From NCBI RefSeq assembly GCF_004010195.1, contig NC_057758.1:5391758-5455757 (forward strand): DNA of 64,000 nt, in the 5' to 3' direction. This stretch comes from Chiloscyllium plagiosum (Eukaryota). A program made the position numbers and the translations under genes. The notes beneath the pieces are model-generated. The model saw nothing but the letters and a program-made list of their open reading frames with translations, was not told where the DNA came from and did not search any database. Numbering within the stretch: the first letter of the stretch is position 1; every line of letters begins with the position of its first letter. Below are positions 24,990 through 35,954 of this stretch, one piece after another.

Positions 24990-26080
24990 AGACAAACGAG
25001 GAGGATACTTTTCACCAAGATGCACGAGCATCAACTATCCACCAGAAGACAAAATATCACGAGCTTCCATATGCACAGACAAAAAAGGAAAGCACTTTGA
25101 CTGGGACAATACAATTTAATCGCTCAGGCATAACAAAGACACGCACAGAATTCTTAGAGGCATTGCATTCTAACTGGAACCCATCAATAAGCGCATTGAC
25201 TTAGATCGCTTCTACCTGTGTACTTATGAAGGTGTCGACGTGTGCTGTAACTTTAAGAGATTGAAGTACATAACAAGCACACAGAGTGATGGAGAATTTA
25301 CAATTAACTTTTCGTCCAACAGCTAACACTGGCTGAGTTGCTGTGAGAGAAAAGCAAATTCGAAATCAGCCAGTTGAAATTATACATCAAAATACCAATC
25401 TTCAATCAAGTTTGAATTCACTACATTGTCAAAAATAAAATAAAAATAAAAATTCGACGGTGTGGAGTATAGGGCAGGGGGAAAATGAACTATTGTGGAG
25501 ACAATTGCCAAGATACCAACATCTGCAGACTGCTGGCAAATTAGATCTCTCCAAGATTCATTTTTCTATCCGTGACTGGTGAAAGCAAAATCCTCAGAAG
25601 AAGCAAATCTACAAAGGAAGATGAAAATTGGTTTTGAAATTTGAACTTTGGTAAACCTTAATCAGGCTTTTTATTGGAGTAGTATTACAGAAGGGAAAAT
25701 GAATGATAACTTAGAGGATGGTGTTGTGAATAGTTATTATTATTTATTGTCTGTTGTACTTTAACAAATAAAGTTGTGACTCTTTCCTTGAACTAGGTAT
25801 TGACATCTCGAATTTTCACAAATTACTGCACATGATAAATCTTTTCTGTGTTGCCAGTTTAAGTTAACAAAGTCGGTTTATCCCGCGTGGTAACATACCT
25901 TCAATTGGAAAAAAACCCTGGAAATGACATCACCCATCTTAATATACAATGACTTCTAATTAGAGTGGCTGGAAATACCACCAACGCTTCACCGGAGACT
26001 CTCAATGATAATGTTACCTAGTGTGGAAACAAAAGTTTGAAAGAAAAACGTGCAGCTCGGCGAGAAAACTGACATACCAA
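24990..26080 (+). mobile_element. Old Penelope-like GIY-YIG tail, split by a solo LTR
   Basis: KHFDWDNTI and RTEFLEALHSNWNPSI; the terminal cagctcggcgag at ~26055 matches 19449. Confidence 0.7.
25217..25895 (+). mobile_element. Solo LTR with TG...CA termini and 4-bp TSD (tacc)
   Basis: tacc|tgtgtac...gtggtaaca|tacc; aataaa at 25767. Confidence 0.75.
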
Positions 26081-26427
26081 TTAATCCTGAGGAGCATAAA
26101 AAGGCAGGAACAGTAGACATAAGAGAGAAATCAGGAGGGCGAAAAGGAGGCATGAGATGGCTTTGTCAAACTGGTTAATGGAGAATCCAAAGGGATGTAA
26201 CCAATACATTAAGGACAAAAGGGTAACTAAGGAGAGACTAGGGTCCCCAAAGATCAGCAGGGTAGCCTATGTGTGCACAGCAGGAGATGGGAGAGATACT
26301 AAATGATTATTTTGCATCGGTGTTTCAGAGAAGGACGCGGACTACATCTCCTCCCCCACTGTCTCTTTTAAAAATGCCAACCCTGATCGCCACTTCCTCC
26401 AGATTCACTGCATCTGTTCCGAACGAT

Positions 26428-26740
26428 GGGCGGCACGGTGGCTCAGTGGTTAGCACTGCTGCCCCAGAGAGCCGGGTTCAATTCCCGCCTCAGGCGACTT
26501 TCTATATGGAGTTTGCACATTCTCCCCGTGACTCCGTGAGTTTCCTCCGGGTGCTCCGGTTTCCTCCCATAATCAAAAAAATGTGCAGGTTAGGTGAATT
26601 TACCATGCTAAGTTGCCCGTAGTGTTAGGTGAAGGGGTAAATGTAGGGGAATGGGTCTGGGTGGGTCGCGCTTTGGCGGGTCAGTGTGGACTTATTGGGC
26701 CAAAGGGCTTGTTTCCACACTGTAAGTAATCAAATCTAAA
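26428..26740 (+). mobile_element. V-SINE (HE1-like)
   Basis: gggcggcacggtggctcagtggttagcactgctgcc...gggttcaattcc; tail gtaagtaatcaaatct. Confidence 0.9.
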
Positions 26741-27544
26741 AAACTCCAATACAGAAAATACCAGTTGGCATCCTTATTCTAATGCTGCAATTTCCTTCCC
26801 ACGTGATCGACGATGACTTCTAGCTCATCGCCTCCAATTCCCGCACATCCGCCCTTGAATCCCAACCCTTCCAACGCAACAAGTGCAGTCCGCCCTGATT
26901 CTCACCTTCCACCCTTCCAAGCTCCATATACATCGCATTAGCGGATGTTTCCACTCCATTCTCCAGGAGGAGCAGTGTGCACCATCTCAATATCCAATAC
27001 CGAATGTTACGAATGTTCTTACAACGTCATTTTCCATAGAATAATCATGACAATCTGAAAGGACAAGGTTCCTCCAAGCTTCAATGGAGCAATGCCAATT
27101 TTCGTTCAATGTCATGAAATGGAAAATGTGTAACATGTTTCCTGACGACATATGAGTTAGCACACAAGAAACATACCTCAATTGTTCCAAAACACAGCTC
27201 AACACCATCATATGTGCACGCTTCAGAAAGAGCAATGAATGATGCAATTCTGATTTATAGTACTCTAGACTCGAAACCTTGGCTATCTCTCTCCCAATGC
27301 ATGCTGCCTGATGCGCTGTGATAGCCTGCATTTGTTGTTTTCAGTGCAGATTCAAGTATCTGCAGTAATTCTCTCCAGAAGTGAATGAATGGCCAACCAG
27401 TAAAGTGTATATATCATGAATGAAAGGGACAGCAATGATAGCCGCAATTATGCACTCTTTTTGGAAAATGTTTGCCTTAGTTACCCAGTGCTCAATGCAG
27501 GAGTGCCACATGATGAAGTTACTGTCACTTTTGCTAATATGTTG

Positions 27545-27792
27545 CAATAGGCAATAGGTGCAGGAGTAGGCCATTCTACCCTTCGAGCCTGCACCACCAT
27601 TCAATATGATCATCCTTAATCAGTATCCTGTTCCTGCCTTATCTCCATAACCCTTGATTCCACTATCTTTGAGAGCTCTATCCAACTCTTTCTTAAATGA
27701 ATCCAGAGACTGGGCCTCCACTGCCCTCTGGGGCAGAGCATTCCACACAGCCACCACTCTCTGGGTGAACAAGTTTCTCCTCATCTCTGTCA
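27545..27792 (-). mobile_element. CR1 3' end inside the GPCR intron
   Basis: TEMRRNLFTQRVVAVWNALPQRAVEA; tail (gacaata)-like repeats. Confidence 0.9.
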
Positions 27793-27894
27793 GTACTCCA
27801 GATGTTGCAACATGTTTTTTTTTAATTAAAGAGAACACGATAAAAATAAATTCAGGCAATGTCCAAGTGGAATTATCGCTAAACTACCAATTGA

Positions 27895-28195
27895 AAGAGC
27901 CAAATAATGTTAGAGGGACTCGGGTTCGAGTCCCATCACGTTAGACAGTGTAATTAGAATTCAGGAATATCTAGAATTAAGAGTCAAATGATTACCGTGA
28001 GTTGATTGCTGAAAAAAAAAACATTTTGGTTCACTAATGCCTTTAAGGAAAAGAAAATGCCATCCTTATTCAGTCTGGGCTGCACGTGAGTTCATTCCCA
28101 CAGCAATGTTGTTGACTGTTAATTGCCTTCTGGGCAATTAGGGACCGGCAATGCATGCTGGTCCAGCCAGCGCAGCCCATCCCTCATGAATAAAT
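27895..28195. mobile_element. Deu-SINE-like element
   Basis: gggttcgagtccca B-box; ggttcactaatgcctttaaggaa; gggcaattaggga..ggcaat..atgctgg; (aata)n tail. Confidence 0.7.
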
Positions 28196-29324
28196 AAAGG
28201 ACCCCCCAAATCAGATGGCATTTCAAGAAACGTTAACATCTTCAACCTTTGCTTTTTATGTCCCATTCTGTTCTACCTCAGATAACCTTACAGTGATTGT
28301 AATCCTGTCTCAATGAAGTTGCCGTCTCTCCAGATGTATGATCTCTTACCTGCTGTCATCCATCTGTCTTGATATATGCTTCAACAGACATTTCCATCTG
28401 GTAAACCATTGTTTTTTTCCCTTGACCAATCTTTGGCCGTATGTTGTCAGAAGTTAAAAATAAAATACTGCATCGAAAGGATAACAACACGGGTTTTTGT
28501 AACTGTCTGTTTATGAACTGTTTAAACATATATGAACTTTTGTCTATAATAAATAACACACTCTGGCTCTGTCGCCAAAAAGTAATATTATCTATGTCGA
28601 ATATGTGGGCCACATTTGACTGGATTTGTCGCATTTTAACTCATTCTATTCCATTAGTTTTCATTGTATCGTTCAATGCTCTGACGATCAGACATATTCT
28701 CGCTGCCAATAGAGCACGCAGGAGCCTCCTGGCCCAAACTAATGGATTGAATCAGAATGACGCAGAGATGAAGATCAGAAGGAATTCTATAATATTACTT
28801 TTCGCCAATTCAGGCAGCTTCACCCTTTAATACGAATGAATTCTTGGAACATTTATTTACGTTCAGATTGCAACTGCTTCTTGTTTCTTGGGTATAAATT
28901 ACGATACATCAACGTCTATTCTGGAGGAAAGCGGATCTGTGTATCAACTTCTTAGCTCCTGTGTCAATCCTTTCACTTATGCAGGTACCCAAATTAAATG
29001 CAGAGGCGAGGTCAAGAATTTGGTGACATATACATTTAGTGTACTTGTTAAAGTTATACAATTATTTTCTTTTTGAAAAGACGGACAATTACAGTACTTT
29101 GTATTCCTAAGTAAACATTGCTGATAAAATGATGTACAACGCCAGTGCTGCTTATGAAGTCATTTGTTATTAAAACTCTGATATTCTCATTTAAATTATT
29201 AGGTTGGACATTGTGCCAATGTAGCAATCAGTACTGCATTTCATGCATTGATTTCCTGTAAGCCTAGCTTTTTGCCGCTCCTATTGAGGTTTGATGCATA
29301 GGAAATATCGAAGGTTTCTATTTT

Positions 29325-29635
29325 ATTTCATTCTGGGAAGGTGGGCATCGTTGGCTCGGCTAGTATGGATTGCCAATCCTTAATTGCCGATAGAGTACTT
29401 AAGAGTTACATTACCTCATCTCTGGACTCTCAGATTGACCAGTCTAGTAAGGACAACAAATGCCTCTCCCAAAAGAACATTAGTAACCCAGGTGGTGTTC
29501 CCCAATAATTAGAAATTTTCTAATGGTCATTGCGCACTCCATACTGAATATTTCTTTAAACTGAACTCAGTTTGCAACAACAATCATGGCAACATTCCAA
29601 CACAGGACCCTAAAACAAGCCTAGGCCTGCAGATG
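29325..29635 (-). mobile_element. Deu-SINE-like element
   Basis: Reverse complement resembles 27895-28195. Confidence 0.6.
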
Positions 29636-29847
29636 TTATATCAATTATCTTGAAATTTTGATGACCCATCAATTGGACAAGGAGAAGAAATTGTAGTCCC
29701 ACTGAACTGAATACAGTTATATTATGTGGTGCTGTGATACGTGTCAAGTAAGGCGACACTTCAAACAACTTTACCCATCCTGCCATGAAGTTGTCATCGC
29801 GCATCATCAAAAACAAATCATTTTCATTCGGTTTGAAAACATTTCGG

Positions 29848-30245
29848 CTATACTATATGAAGTTTAGAAGGATAAGGAGGGTATCTAATTGAAACATACG
29901 GAATACTGAATGGCCTGGATATAGTAGATGCTGGAACGATATTTCCATTGATATAAGAGAAAAGAGAACCAAGGGCCTGAGAGTAAATTGGAGACCTTTT
30001 TAGGGCAGAGGTAAGAACAAACGTAGCCGGGAGTGGCAAATGTATTGGATTCGTTGTCAAAGAAGGCTGTGGAAGCCAGGTCATTGTGCATAATTAAGAC
30101 GAAGATGGACAAGTTGATGTTTCTCAAGTAGATCAAAGTTAAGGGGAGAAAGTAAGACAGTGGGGTTGAGAACCTTATCGGCCATCATTGAATGGTGGAT
30201 AGACTGAATGGCTTAATTTCTGCTTCAATGTCTTATGTACCTACG
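29848..30245 (+). mobile_element. CR1 3' end
   Basis: tttagaaggataaggagggtatctaattgaaacata; agaaggctgtggaagccaggtcattg. Confidence 0.8.
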
Positions 30246-31171
30246 GTGATCTTAAAATGTTTTGTCTTTACCTGGTTGGACTGACTTACAGTCCCAGACT
30301 TAAGCAATCTGATTGATTTTTACCTGTCCTCTAAAATGGCCGAGAAAGCCAGTTTAGTGAAAATTTCGAAATGAAACCAAAGATGCTTACATTGCGAAAT
30401 GGAATAAAACAATATCTGAAAAAATCATGGTTGATCGACTAGTCCTCGGGACTTTATGACATTGAAATGTACGTCATGCACGTCCAAAGTATCTTTTCTG
30501 GAAAATAAAACAAATATTGCTTGGAGGATTTCCTATTAAATGGAAAAATATGTTCCATCCGTTCTGCCTGTTTTGCTTGTGTTAAGAGCACAGAAATGTA
30601 CTCAATTGTTCAGGTAATTCTGTTCTGTCACTTGGGTAAATCATGTTTGTTCTCAATCCAGTTCCCACAGGTCGCCTTTAGACTCCTTCTTACTCAAGAA
30701 TATACCTACCTCTGCCATAGGAAAATATGGCACAGCATCTCCAAAACTATCTCGAGACGGGAGTTCCAAAGAGTAATGGCTCTGATGCGAATCTTAATTA
30801 TACTTACCTCCCTGTTTGATGGCGCGCACTTACTAAACTAGGTGTAGATTTGTGGACAAGATGAAAGATCCTTCCAAAATACACATGGTTATGAATCAAT
30901 CAATTTCCACACTATCCAGCTGGTCGAGTTTTGCATCACACAGATCGGAAAAGAAAAAAGGAGACAGGAGGAGGTCATTGTTGACTCTTCCTTACCAAAT
31001 GTACTTACCATTTATGTATCTATCTATAACGATATTTTCAGGATGATCATCACGCAGTCCAAGTGAAGAAGAGTCCACTTTCAGATTGATAATAACTTGT
31101 GCTCTGCTGCGTGGCAGTTTCACCATGGTAAATTCAGAGACTTTTAACAGATCTGGCAACTGAAGAGCCAG

Positions 31172-31940
31172 ACATTTGTCCACTCCCTCCGTTGCAACCC
31201 CCACCTCACGATCAAACCAGCAGACAAGGGAGGCGTGGTAGTAGTTTGGCGCACCGACCTCTACACCGCTGAGGCCAAACGCCAGCTCGCAGATACCTCC
31301 TCCTACTGCCCCCTTGACCATGACCCCACCCCCACCACCAAACCATCATCTCCCAGACCGTCCATCACCTCATCACCTCGGGGGATCTCCCATCCACCGC
31401 CTCCAACCTCATAGTCCCACAACCCCGCACCGCCCGCTTCTACCTCCTGCCCAAAATCCACAAACCTGACTGCCCCGGCCGACCCATTGTCTACGCCCGC
31501 TCCTGCCCCACCGAACTCATCTCCGCAGACCTTGACACCGTCCTGTCCCCCTTAGTCTAAGAACTGCCCACCTACGTTCGGGACATCACCCATGCCCTCC
31601 ACCTGCTCCATGATTTTCGCTTCCGCGGTCCTCAACGTCGTTTTTTCACCATGGACATCCAGTCCCTGTACACCTCCATCCCCCATCACGAAGGACTCAA
31701 AGCACTCCGCTTCTTCCTTTCCCGCCGTACCACCCAGTACCCTTCCACCGACACCCTCCTTCAACTGACCGAACTGGTCCTCACCCTGAACAACCTTTCT
31801 TTCCAATCCTCCCACTTTCTCCAAACAAAAGGAGTAGCCATGGGCACCCGCATAGGCCGCAGCTATGCCTGCCTCTTTGTAGGGTATGTGGAACAATCCA
31901 TCTTCCGCAAAAACACTGGCCGCACCCCCCCACCTTTTCC
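31172..31940 (+). mobile_element. Penelope-like RT fragment (C-rich family)
   Basis: TIKPADKG, FYLLPKIHKPDCPGRPIV, FTMDIQSLYTSIPH and KGVAMGTRIG. Confidence 0.9.
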
Positions 31941-32084
31941 GTGAGAGAAACTTAAGAGACTCTTAGATAGGCACATGGAACAAAGTAAATGGAAGCATGT
32001 AGGTTAGTCTGATCTTAGAGAAGATAAATGGCACAACGTCGAGGGATGAAGGTCCGAACTGCATGCATTCCTGTAGCACTGTGA

Positions 32085-32525
32085 GCTCAAAAACTGCATG
32101 AAGTCATGTAAAACTCCGTTATCTCACTTTTAGATGAGAATCAATCTAAACATCATGGCATAGAGAGAGAACACAGGGAGGCAACACCGTCACCATATTG
32201 TCGAGCTCTTGTTAGCAGTTAACCTGAGAATGCAACTTTAAAAAAAAAGGTTTTGTGATTTTCATATGAAAGAAATTAAACTATCATGGTATTCTAACAT
32301 ATGAAAGGCTAACAATCAAATTTTCAATATATAATTTCAGTTACATCACACTGCAAATTTGTCCTATAAATTCTGTGTTAGGATTGAGCCCTCCACTATC
32401 ACCTGATGAAGGAGCGATGCTGCGAAAGCTCGAGTGCTTCCAATGAAACCTGTTGGACTATCACCTGGTGTTGTGTGATTTTTAACTTTGTACACCCCAT
32501 TCCCACACCAGCATCTTCAAATCAG
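32085..32525 (+). mobile_element. pLTR of a third Penelope-like family with a hammerhead-like core at 32403
   Basis: cac-CTGATGA-aggagc gat gctgc-GAAAG-CT; aaacctgttggactatcacctggtgttgtgtgatttttaac. A related antisense copy lies at ~57670-57775. Confidence 0.65.
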
Positions 32526-32731
32526 GACTGTTCTTTGTTCTGTGCTCTATGAAAGTGCTCAAGTAGACTTGGACATTGAGGAAGATTTGAGACTTGGAGC
32601 AGGTCAGACTGGTCTTAGTGAAGGGCAAGGCCGGCTTAGGATGTGAATGGCCTGCCCCTGTTTCTGATGTTCTCCCATTCTGTTATTGGAAAGTTAGTTG
32701 GTGTTATTTTCCTTGAAGGTCTTTTACGGAG

Positions 32732-32958
32732 CAATCTTCTTCCCGACCTCTCCGCCCCCACCCCAGTCTAACCTATCACCCTCACCTTGACCGCTTTCCA
32801 CCTATCACATTTCCGACGCCCCTCCCCCAAGTCCCTCCTCCCTACCTTTTATCTTAGCCTGCTGGACAAACTTTCCTCATTCCTGAAGAAGGGCCTGTGC
32901 CCGAAACGTCGATTCTCCTGTTCCCTGGATGCTGCCTGACCTGCTGCGCTTTTCCAGC
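32732..32958 (+). mobile_element. Penelope pLTR (same family as 9255-9466) with hammerhead core at 32883
   Basis: Near-identical to 9255-9466; CTGAAGA-aGGGC ctgt GCCC-GAAACGTC. Confidence 0.85.
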
Positions 32959-33458
32959 NNNNNNNNNNNNNNNNNNNNNNNNNNNNNNNNNNNNNNNNNN
33001 NNNNNNNNNNNNNNNNNNNNNNNNNNNNNNNNNNNNNNNNNNNNNNNNNNNNNNNNNNNNNNNNNNNNNNNNNNNNNNNNNNNNNNNNNNNNNNNNNNNN
33101 NNNNNNNNNNNNNNNNNNNNNNNNNNNNNNNNNNNNNNNNNNNNNNNNNNNNNNNNNNNNNNNNNNNNNNNNNNNNNNNNNNNNNNNNNNNNNNNNNNNN
33201 NNNNNNNNNNNNNNNNNNNNNNNNNNNNNNNNNNNNNNNNNNNNNNNNNNNNNNNNNNNNNNNNNNNNNNNNNNNNNNNNNNNNNNNNNNNNNNNNNNNN
33301 NNNNNNNNNNNNNNNNNNNNNNNNNNNNNNNNNNNNNNNNNNNNNNNNNNNNNNNNNNNNNNNNNNNNNNNNNNNNNNNNNNNNNNNNNNNNNNNNNNNN
33401 NNNNNNNNNNNNNNNNNNNNNNNNNNNNNNNNNNNNNNNNNNNNNNNNNNNNNNNNNN
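32959..33458. other. Assembly gap (500 N)
   Basis: Run of N. Confidence 1.
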
Positions 33459-33955
33459 TATCCAATTTCTATTCCATAACTTCTTAGTCAAAAACAATCC
33501 CATGCCTCCGTATTCTGTGCAATAACTTCTTAACGTCTTACGGATATCCATAAAGACCACATCAAACGCTTTTCACTCGTCCACCTGTTTGTCACCTTCT
33601 CAAAGGACTTACTCAGTTTTGTAAGGCATGCCCGACCCTTCACAAAACTGGCTTGACTATCCCTAATCAACTTATTCCTTTCAGATGATTAAGAATCCTA
33701 TCTCATATAAATTTTTCCAACACTTCACTGACAACCGACACATGGCTCATTGGTCAATAATTAACATAGTTTCCCTACCCCACTTGTTGATCAAGAGAAT
33801 ATCATTTGTTATCCTCCAGTATTCTGGCACGATTCCTGTATACTACCTGAAGTGATCCCCGTTCTAGTCTTTCATGATTTTTACTTCACCCTTTGTACTT
33901 TGGAGGTGAGCTCTGGGAGCTCGAGCTAAATATGATATTTGAACTCTGGTAAGCA

Positions 33956-35950
33956 TTCAAAATTTGGGTGAAGATTTGCAGCTCGGTTGCTCGTTGTTAT
34001 GGTTCTGTTCGCCGAGCTGGAAATCTTTGTTGCAAACGTTTCGTCCCCTGTCTAGGTGACATCCTCAGTGCTTGGGAGCCTCCTGTGAAGCGCTTCTGTG
34101 GTGTTTCCTCCGGCATTTATAGTGGCTTTTCCCTGCTGCTTCCGGTTGTCAGTTTCAGCTGTCCGCTGTAGTGGCCGGTATATTGGGTCCATTTCGATGT
34201 GTTGTTGATTGAGTTTGTGGATGAGTGACATGCTTCTAGGAATTTCCTGGCTGTTCTTTGTTTGGCTTGTCCTATAAGGGTACTGTTGTCCCAGTCGAAT
34301 TCATGTTGCTTGTCGTCTGCGTGTGTGGCTACGAAGGATAGCTGGTCATGGCGTTTCGTGGCAAGTTGATGTTCGTGGATGCGGATCGTTGGCTGTCTTC
34401 CTGTTTGTCGTATATGGTGTTTTGTGCAGTCCTTGCATGGGATTTTGTACACTACATTAGTTTTGCTCATGTTGGGTATCGGGTCCTTCGTTCTGGTGAG
34501 TTGTTGTCTGAGTGTGGCTGTTGGTTTGTGTGCCGTTATGAGTCCTCGGGGTCGCAGTAGTCTGGCTGTCAGTTCTGAGATGCTCCTGATGGATGGTAGT
34601 TTGGCTAGTCCTTTTGGTTGTGGTATGTCCTCGTTCCGTGGTCTTTCTCTTAGGCATCTGTTGTTGAAGTTGCGCGGGTATCCGTTTTTGGCGAATACCT
34701 TGTATAGGTGTTCCTCTTCCTCTTTTTGCAGTTCTGGTGTGCTGCAGTGTGTTGTGGCCCTTTTGAATAGTGTCCTGATGCAGCTTCGTTTGTGTGTGTT
34801 GGGGTGGTTGCTTTCATAGTTCAGGACTTGGTCTCTGTGTGTGGCTTTCCTGTATAACTTAGTGGTGAATTCTCCGTTCGGTGTTCTCTGTACCATCACG
34901 TCTAGGAATGGGAGTTGGTTATCCTTTTCTTCTTCTCTCGTGAATCGGATTCCTGTTAGTGTGGCGTTGATGATCCAGTGTGTTTTCTCTATTTCTGTGT
35001 TTTAATGATTACAAACATATCAACATATCTGACCCAGAGTTTGGGTTGAAGTTGTGGTAAGACTGTTTGTTCTAACCTTTGCAGTACTGCTTCTGCTATG
35101 AGTCCACAGATCGGTGAGCCCATGGGTGTTCGGTTGATTTGTTCGTATATCTGGTTGTTGAATGTGAAGTGTGTTGTGAGGCACAAGTCCAGTAGTTTAA
35201 GTATGCCATCTTTGTTGATAGGTTCAACGTCCTGTTGTCTGTTCTGTATGTCCAGCAGGTTGGCTATTATTTCTCTGGCGAGGGTTTTGTCGATAGAGGT
35301 GAACAGTGCTGTTACATCGAATGAGACCATGGTTTCTTCCTTGTTTATGTGTGTATTTCTGATGATGTCCAAGAATTCCTGTGTTCATTGTATAGACTGT
35401 CTGCATCCGCTGAGCAGGTGTTTCAATTTCTGCTGTAGTTCTTTAGCCAGTTTGTGTGATGGTGTCCCTGGAAGTGATACTATGGGTCTGAGTGGGATGT
35501 CTGGTTTGTGCACTTTAGGTAGTCCATAGAATCTGGGGGTGTTGTTGCTTTCAGGTTTCATTCTTTGTAGGTCCGACCTGGTTATCTGTCCGTTTTTTGT
35601 AGATTCCTCAGTGTGTTGTTTATCCTTTTGGTGAGCTGTGGGGTGGGGTCAAACTCCCTCTTTTGGTAGGTGTTGATATCTGCAAGTAGTTGTTGTGCTT
35701 TTTGGATGTACTCTGCTTTGTCCAGGATGACCGTCATTCTGCATTTGTTTGCTGGTAGAATGATTATGTTCTTATCGTTTCTTAGTGATTTTAGTGCTTC
35801 CCTCTCCTTGGTGTTGAGGTTATATATTTGTCTTTCTTTTTAGGATGTCACCGAGACAGGGGATGAAACGTTTGCAACACAAATTCCCATCTCGGCGAAC
35901 AGAACCACAACGGCGAGCACCCGAGCTACAAATCTTCCCCAAACTTTGAA
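33956..35950 (-). mobile_element. Penelope-like retrotransposon (RT + GIY-YIG) with inverted terminal pLTR segments
   Basis: ORFs 34989..35372 (VSFDVTALFTSI, PMGSPI, WVRYVD) and 34117..34899 (YRKATH, NVVYKIPCKDC); 33956-34066 is an inverted repeat of 35842-35950. Confidence 0.95.
34031..34071 (-). ncRNA. Minimal type I hammerhead ribozyme
   Basis: GCA-CUGAGGA-uGUCacc uagaca ggGGAC-GAAAC-GUU-UGC; stem I GCA/UGC, palindromic AACGUU stem III. Confidence 0.7.
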
Positions 35951-35954
35951 TAAC

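Larger units (their letters stand above)
27416..29076 (+). pseudogene. GPR139/GPR142-like GPCR pseudogene, two exons (27416-27509; 28282-29076)
   Basis: Exon 1 reads MNERDSNDSRNYALFLENVCLSYPVLNAGVP (NxS sequon; donor decayed to AT). Exon 2 follows ttctacctcag: NLTVIVILSQ*SCRLSRCMISYLL, TDISIW*TI, AVCCQKLKIKYC, FNALTIRHILAANRARR, DAEMKIRRNSIILLF, LSSCVNPFTYAGTQ. The TM2 region is deleted. Confidence 0.85.
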
